Shown piece after piece: positions 58,640 through 64,000 of a stretch of DNA of 64,000 nucleotides. The DNA is taken from the NCBI GenBank assembly GCA_963787255.1, contig CAWBCJ010000029.1:32001-96000 (forward strand), given 5' to 3'. Position 1 is the stretch's first letter, and the number at the start of each line of letters is the position of its first letter. The translations under genes and the position numbers were made by a program. This DNA comes from Methanobacteriota archaeon. GTDB lineage: Archaea > Methanobacteriota > Methanobacteria > Methanobacteriales > Methanobacteriaceae. The notes under the pieces were generated by a model that saw nothing but the letters and a program-made list of their open reading frames with translations, searched no databases and had not been told where the DNA came from.

Positions 58640-59176
58640 CTAAGAAACATTAATTCTATAAAGTCCTTTTTTAATGTCATTAAATAACTTGACCACATTT
58701 TCAGGACCCATCTTACTTTTTAAAATATTATATGCATTTTTTTGGATCATATCCTCGTTTAGAAGAATTCGGAGATTAATATTTTCAATTCCACCGATCT
58801 CATATTTATCCATGATAGAAATGACAATATTTTTAATTTCTTCATCATTACTGCTTATTTCATCAATATTTTCTTTTATATATCGTTCTGCCCTCTCTTT
58901 TCGCGTAATTAATGGAGATTCAAATACCATATTAGCTATAACATCAAATGTATCTGATTCTTCTGTTTTTTCAGTCTCTTTTATGAAGCTAATGTCCATC
59001 TGCATTTCATGAAGCATGTCAATAAATTTACGCCTTTTACTGTCATCTATCCATAATTTCTGCAGTTTTTCAAAAGTTGAAACTTGTTTTTCAATGAACT
59101 TTCTGGTTATGATTTTGTATTCGGTAAAAGTAATTCTTTTACCGTTAAATTCAAGTTCTATTTCATTGCCAGACAT
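58640..59176 (-). CDS. Stand-alone type I restriction subunit C-terminal domain (EcoEI R C-terminal-like)
   Basis: L.K.W.D...R..F...L, D.FD.IA...F..P..TR.ERA, .KY..GG pattern; own AGGAG SD. Confidence 0.7.
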   Translation of the reverse strand: MSGNEIELEFNGKRITFTEYKIITRKFIEKQVSTFEKLQKLWIDDSKRRKFIDMLHEMQMDISFIKETEKTEESDTFDVIANMVFESPLITRKERAERYIKENIDEISSNDEEIKNIVISIMDKYEIGGIENINLRILLNEDMIQKNAYNILKSKMGPENVVKLFNDIKKGLYRINVS

Positions 59177-59239
59177 ATAATAATCTCCTATTACATTTTG
59201 AGCTCCTCATATGGATCATTATAAATTTAATTCTTTAAA

Positions 59240-60175
59240 TTATAAATTTTTATTCTCAGCATCTTCCCAACGGAATATGTCCAATAATTTATCCTTTTTA
59301 CCCCAAAATATTATTATTAATGCAATTAAAACTGCCAAAACTGTTCCCAGTATATTACTGGATGGATCTAGTGGAGTTGAAAATACTGATGGCAAATTAC
59401 CAAGCCCTGCATCAGGTGTATTAATTATAAGTGCCACGTAGAGATTATTTGTTATGTGAATTCCTGCAGCTGTTTCTATGCTGTTTTCGCCTAAAGTTAT
59501 TATTCCTAGCATTAATCCAACAATAAATGTATCTAGAAGTATAAATGAACTAAATATAATATTAGTTCCATTAAACCAATGCAAGCTCGCAAAAATGATT
59601 GATGTGGCTAATAGCGGAATGATAGGCTTTTTACTTAGCAGTCCAAATCCCTGCATTAAATATCCTCTAAAAAACAACTCTTCAAAGAACGCCTGTATTG
59701 GAAATATAATCAAACTTAGGATAAGTAAAATTCCAAAGGTCTGGGGGTTAAATGTAAACTGATAACTTCCAGGATCAGTTAAAAAACTTAAAAGTGTGAA
59801 TAAACTTAAAATAAAAAACCATAAACCTGCTCCTTTGAATATTCTTCTCCAGCTAATTTTTGATTTAATTGTAATTACAGATATTAAACTTCTTTTATGA
59901 ATAAAACGCACTGCAATATAGAAAAACAGGAAACTGAATACATAAATTATCCCTACCAGCGCAAGAAAAGTGAATGGTTCGTAAAGCATGCTTTCCATTC
60001 CCAGAAGACTTTCCGGGCCGGACTGCAGAGCCACAATAAGCATGTAAATTATTAAAATTACTGCTGAAATTAATCCGGGAATTAAAAATGTCAGCAAAAT
60101 AGTTATAATGTATCTCCACCCGTTGTTTTTACCTGATTCTGCGTTGTATAGAAATGGGATGTTTGAAATAATCAT
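59240..60175 (-). CDS. CPBP (CAAX/Abi) intramembrane glutamic endopeptidase
   Basis: EELFFRGYL, FASLH, H.TNN motifs; multi-pass. Confidence 0.9.
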   Translation of the reverse strand: MIISNIPFLYNAESGKNNGWRYIITILLTFLIPGLISAVILIIYMLIVALQSGPESLLGMESMLYEPFTFLALVGIIYVFSFLFFYIAVRFIHKRSLISVITIKSKISWRRIFKGAGLWFFILSLFTLLSFLTDPGSYQFTFNPQTFGILLILSLIIFPIQAFFEELFFRGYLMQGFGLLSKKPIIPLLATSIIFASLHWFNGTNIIFSSFILLDTFIVGLMLGIITLGENSIETAAGIHITNNLYVALIINTPDAGLGNLPSVFSTPLDPSSNILGTVLAVLIALIIIFWGKKDKLLDIFRWEDAENKNL

Positions 60176-60318
60176 TCCTCCTTAATTAGCTTAATAGATC
60201 AATAATTTTATTTATAAACATTAATAAAAATTGTTGAACGCTACCATAAATGAATATAATTATATGGGATTTTAGTTAAATATCTAAAAACGTCAAAATT
60301 CATTTATCAGGTTAAATT

Positions 60319-61476
60319 ATGGATATAAAAACTATACATGAAGGACTTGTAGAAATCAAAACGCCTGAATTTGATAAAATATCATCAAAAGCGCCCGTAT
60401 TTTACAACCCTGTAATGGAACTAAACAGAGATTTATCAATACTCGCCATTAAGACTTATCAAGAAAATTTAGGACATGAAATCAGTATATGTGACGCATT
60501 TGGAGGAAGTGGAATCAGAGGTGTAAGGTATGCAAAAGAAATTGATAAAGTTGAAAATGTTGTTATCACTGATATAAATCCTCTTGCAGTCCAGTTTGCC
60601 CAGGAAAATATAGAATTAAACGGATTAAACAATGTTAAGGTTTATAAAGAGGATGCAAATATTTTACTCAGGAAATGCAGGGGGAAATTTGACATTGTAG
60701 ACATTGATCCTTTCGGTACTCCTTCTCCTTTTATTGAATCTGCAGGAATAAGCCTGAAAGCAGGTGGAATGCTGTGTGTAACTGCAACAGACACTTCAGG
60801 ATTATGTGGAACTTACAAAGAGCCATGCATACGGAAATACAGTGCAATGCCCCTTAAAACTGAATACTGTCACGAGTTAGGTATCAGAATTCTTGCTGGC
60901 TTCATTGCACGGACATTATCTAAGTTTAAAAAATGTATTGAAGTGAAATTTGCCCACAGCAGCGAGCATTACATGAGAATATATGCCGTGGTGCGTAAAG
61001 GAGCCAAAATAACTGATGAGTCCCTAAAAAATATTGGATACATTTTAAACTGCAATAATTGTCTTAACCGGATGATAGTTAAGGGCATTACTCCCCAAAT
61101 TGGTCTGGATTGTCCTGTTTGTGGAAAAAAATTCAAAACTGCAGGGCCGTTATGGTGCGGTGATATTTCAAAACCCGATTTTATAAAAGGAATGCTGGAA
61201 AATATAGAAAAAACTAGTATAAATCAAGAAAATAAAGCTTTAAAGCTTCTTAATTTTGTCTATGATGAATCTGAAGCTCCTGCCACTCATTATGATCTCC
61301 ACGAAATCTCTAGAAATTTAAAAATAAGCGCACCCAAGCTTATAGATGTTCTGGATTCCCTAAAAGAAATGGGTTACTTTGCATCAAGAACTCATTTTAA
61401 ACCAACTGGAATTAAAACAGATGCACCTGTAGATAAAATAAAAGAGATTTTTTTAGACCGGAAAATTGAAAAGTAG
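60319..61476 (+). CDS. trm1: tRNA (guanine(26)-N2)-dimethyltransferase
   Basis: VFYNP.M.LNRD, SGIRG.RY, DIDPFGTP, TATD, zinc finger, GPLW, SRTH. Confidence 0.95.
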   Translation: MDIKTIHEGLVEIKTPEFDKISSKAPVFYNPVMELNRDLSILAIKTYQENLGHEISICDAFGGSGIRGVRYAKEIDKVENVVITDINPLAVQFAQENIELNGLNNVKVYKEDANILLRKCRGKFDIVDIDPFGTPSPFIESAGISLKAGGMLCVTATDTSGLCGTYKEPCIRKYSAMPLKTEYCHELGIRILAGFIARTLSKFKKCIEVKFAHSSEHYMRIYAVVRKGAKITDESLKNIGYILNCNNCLNRMIVKGITPQIGLDCPVCGKKFKTAGPLWCGDISKPDFIKGMLENIEKTSINQENKALKLLNFVYDESEAPATHYDLHEISRNLKISAPKLIDVLDSLKEMGYFASRTHFKPTGIKTDAPVDKIKEIFLDRKIEK

Positions 61477-61545
61477 ATGGTCTTTCTTGATATTTAAATA
61501 AAAAAAGAAAAATTAAATAGTTTAAATTATATTAAACTGTTTAAT

Positions 61546-62241
61546 TTATTCGTAATTTATCAGTCCATGTGTATAATAATACTGAAGCTCTGAAGCGTGC
61601 TGTAATTCAAAGTTTCTGTACGGTAGACTGAAATACGGGAAAATCATTCCTTTTAAAGTATAATAATAAGCCGGAATTATTCCGTATTCTCTTCTAGCTA
61701 TATCAAAGTATAATGGATATCCGCATCCTTGAGTAAAAATTGGATTACCGCTTCTTGCTGTTCCATGCCATACCATTGGAATTGGACCTTGCTGACCGTG
61801 CTGTTTTGCTAATTTATTTACATGAGCCATTGCCTCATCGTATGTGTTAAATATTTGTCCATCGGACTTATACTTATATCTACCATCAGGAACGCCAAAA
61901 ATAGCCACTTTAATAGAATCAAACCAATCAACGCTATTATATGTTTGTGCAGTTCCTTGAGTATCTATAAAAGCCATTTCAATTATAAACACATCATCTT
62001 CCATATAACTCCTGTAATTGGAACTTCCTGCAAAATGAACTACCAATGCACATTTTGAATTTCTTTCTTCAGCATAATTAGCTAAAAGCTGGGAGTGAGG
62101 ATGACCGGGATACATATCCGGGTTTGCCAATTTAACAAATCCAAGTCTTCCTAATGGTTCAATATTACCATTTAAGCTTGCGATATAAATATAACCTCCT
62201 AATAACAGAAGGATAACTACAATAACTATTCCCCATCTCAT
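61546..62241 (-). CDS. Hypothetical membrane-anchored protein
   Basis: 231-aa ORF with a single N-terminal TM; GGTGA SD. Confidence 0.75.
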   Translation of the reverse strand: MRWGIVIVVILLLLGGYIYIASLNGNIEPLGRLGFVKLANPDMYPGHPHSQLLANYAEERNSKCALVVHFAGSSNYRSYMEDDVFIIEMAFIDTQGTAQTYNSVDWFDSIKVAIFGVPDGRYKYKSDGQIFNTYDEAMAHVNKLAKQHGQQGPIPMVWHGTARSGNPIFTQGCGYPLYFDIARREYGIIPAYYYTLKGMIFPYFSLPYRNFELQHASELQYYYTHGLINYE

Positions 62242-62597
62242 TTATTCACCTATACCTCTAAAAGCATTATTTTTTTATTGTAATATTCTTAATTCAATGA
62301 AAATTCAGTAATAATAATCAAATCTTTCCCATTTTCCTAAGCATATTTCTCAGGGAAAGTTCGTTAAATATCATTTCACATCATAGTAATTAAATTTTGT
62401 CCCAACTTTATCACAATTTTAAAATTACAATTTACAAAAAAAAGCATTGAAGCATTTTAATTGAAAAATAAATATTATATAACATCATATTAACTTTTCA
62501 CTTTTTATGCTTTTTTCTTCTTCTTTAGTAAAATGATTTATATAAAATAAGGCTCATAAGAAAGATTGGCTTATGCCCAAAATAAAATGGAGGTGAC

Positions 62598-63287
62598 ATG
62601 ACCATGGATATTGGTGAAATAGTTGGAGATGCCATTAGATACCCATCTCAAGACTGGAAAAAAGTAGTAATACTCGGAGTACTCTTTATCTTGAACGTGA
62701 TAATTATTGGAGTGCTTTTCTGGCCAGGATACTTACTTAGAGTACTTAAAGCAACTTTAGCTGGTTCCGATGAACTCCCTGAATTTGATGATTGGGGCGG
62801 AATGGTTGTAGATAGTCTTAAATTAATTGTAGTTTCTATTGTATACTTTATAATACCGGCAGCGATAGCATTTATAGGCATATGGGCCTCAATTGGGTCA
62901 ATGATTGCGATGCAGAACGTAGGAGTTGTTTCCCCAGTGGCATTTATGGGCCTACTGAGCGGAGCGGTCATCATAGCAGCGATAATAGGGATAATAATTG
63001 CCCTAATTTATTACATGGCAATAGTAAACATGGCATATAATGACAGTGAAATCGGCGCAGCATTCAGATTTAGCGAAATCATGGATTTAATCTCTGCAAT
63101 TGGATGGGCAGACTATATAATATGGTATATAGTCATGATCGTCATTGGAGTTGTCATAGGAATTATAACAAGTATTATAGGTATTATTCCAATACTTGGT
63201 TGGATAATAATTCTCTTGATTGTTTATCCATACTCATCTATGCTATATGCAAGATCTCTTGGATTATTAGCTACATCAGAAGTATAA
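62598..63287 (+). CDS. DUF4013 family membrane protein
   Basis: MDIG.I..DA..YP..DW, GY..R, LPEFDDW, AAF.F.EI...I..IGW..Y. Confidence 0.88.
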   Translation: MTMDIGEIVGDAIRYPSQDWKKVVILGVLFILNVIIIGVLFWPGYLLRVLKATLAGSDELPEFDDWGGMVVDSLKLIVVSIVYFIIPAAIAFIGIWASIGSMIAMQNVGVVSPVAFMGLLSGAVIIAAIIGIIIALIYYMAIVNMAYNDSEIGAAFRFSEIMDLISAIGWADYIIWYIVMIVIGVVIGIITSIIGIIPILGWIIILLIVYPYSSMLYARSLGLLATSEV

Positions 63288-63461
63288 ACAACTTTTATTT
63301 TTTTATTTTTTTTAATTATATCTATATTTTATAAAATTATATAAAATTTTTACAATATATGTAAATTAAATCATTAATTTAAAAATAATACACAATGTAT
63401 TTAAATAATATTGTAAATATATAAACATTGTTCATAATATTCTTTTTTATATGATATTGCA

Positions 63462-63959
63462 GTGATAAAAATGAATGAAGAAGAAGCAATTAAGATAGAT
63501 GAAACTGACAAAAAAATCCTTAATTTACTGAGTAAAGATGGTAGAATGTCATACCGGAAAATATCCAGGGAAATGGACATATCAGTCGGTACAGTTCACA
63601 ATCGAGTGGATAAATTCATAAAGGCAGGGATTATAAAAAATTTTGTGCCCCAACTTGACCATTCCAAGCTCGGCTATAAATTAACCACAATAATAGGTGT
63701 AAGAGTAAAAGGGGGCGTTTTAAGAAACTGGGAAAATAAAACTGCCTACCATAAAAATGTTCTGGGGATTTACGACGTAACTGGAGAATTTGATGCCATA
63801 TTACTTGCCAAATTTAAAGATACTACCGAACTTGATTCATTTATTAAAGAACTCCTTAAGGAACCAGATGTGCAGAGAACATACACTCAAACCGTTTTAA
63901 ATATAGTAAAAGAAGAATTAGGATCATCATATATTTTAAATGAAGAAAATGATGATTAA
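63462..63959 (+). CDS. Lrp/AsnC family transcriptional regulator
   Basis: D.KIL..L..DGR.SY..I, TV.NR HTH; YDVTGEFD RAM domain. Confidence 0.93.
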   Translation: MIKMNEEEAIKIDETDKKILNLLSKDGRMSYRKISREMDISVGTVHNRVDKFIKAGIIKNFVPQLDHSKLGYKLTTIIGVRVKGGVLRNWENKTAYHKNVLGIYDVTGEFDAILLAKFKDTTELDSFIKELLKEPDVQRTYTQTVLNIVKEELGSSYILNEENDD

Positions 63960-63978
63960 TAATTTTAAATCATCATTT
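63947..63978 (+). terminator. Stem-loop over the Lrp stop codon
   Basis: AAATGATGATT / AATCATCATTT 11-bp stem. Confidence 0.45.
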
Positions 63979-64000
63979 ACAGCTTTAAAACAAATATTTA

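Overview
This is a low-GC archaeal window from a hydrogenotrophic methanogen, most likely Methanobacterium (Methanobacteriales). It carries core methanogenesis loci: mcrBDCGA (MCR I arrangement) followed by mtrEDCBAFGH, a divergent mmp10, mvhDGAB, methanogenesis markers 7 and 14, comB, mfnA and fae. It also carries the SufCB/SMS Fe-S pair, cobamide genes (a CbiZ-CobZ fusion, cobS, cobY), translation and tRNA-modification genes, and a few AT-rich accessory genes. I saw no rRNA, tRNA, CRISPR array or transposase. The most interesting signal is at 6208-6863 on the minus strand. A ~110-nt leader contains a 37-aa uORF with a perfect SD, and its start region can form a 12-bp helix with the SD of a downstream secreted Cys-rich gene that apparently starts at ATT; this is a candidate translational switch. 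Other notable points are an apparent CTG start for sufC, a lipoprotein plus multi-domain phospholipase D pair, an orphan type I restriction C-terminal domain, and an unannotated antiporter remnant. Frameshifts cluster in mtrH, mtrC and cobY and are most likely consensus errors. Gene calls come from motif and family recognition by eye; no database search was run.
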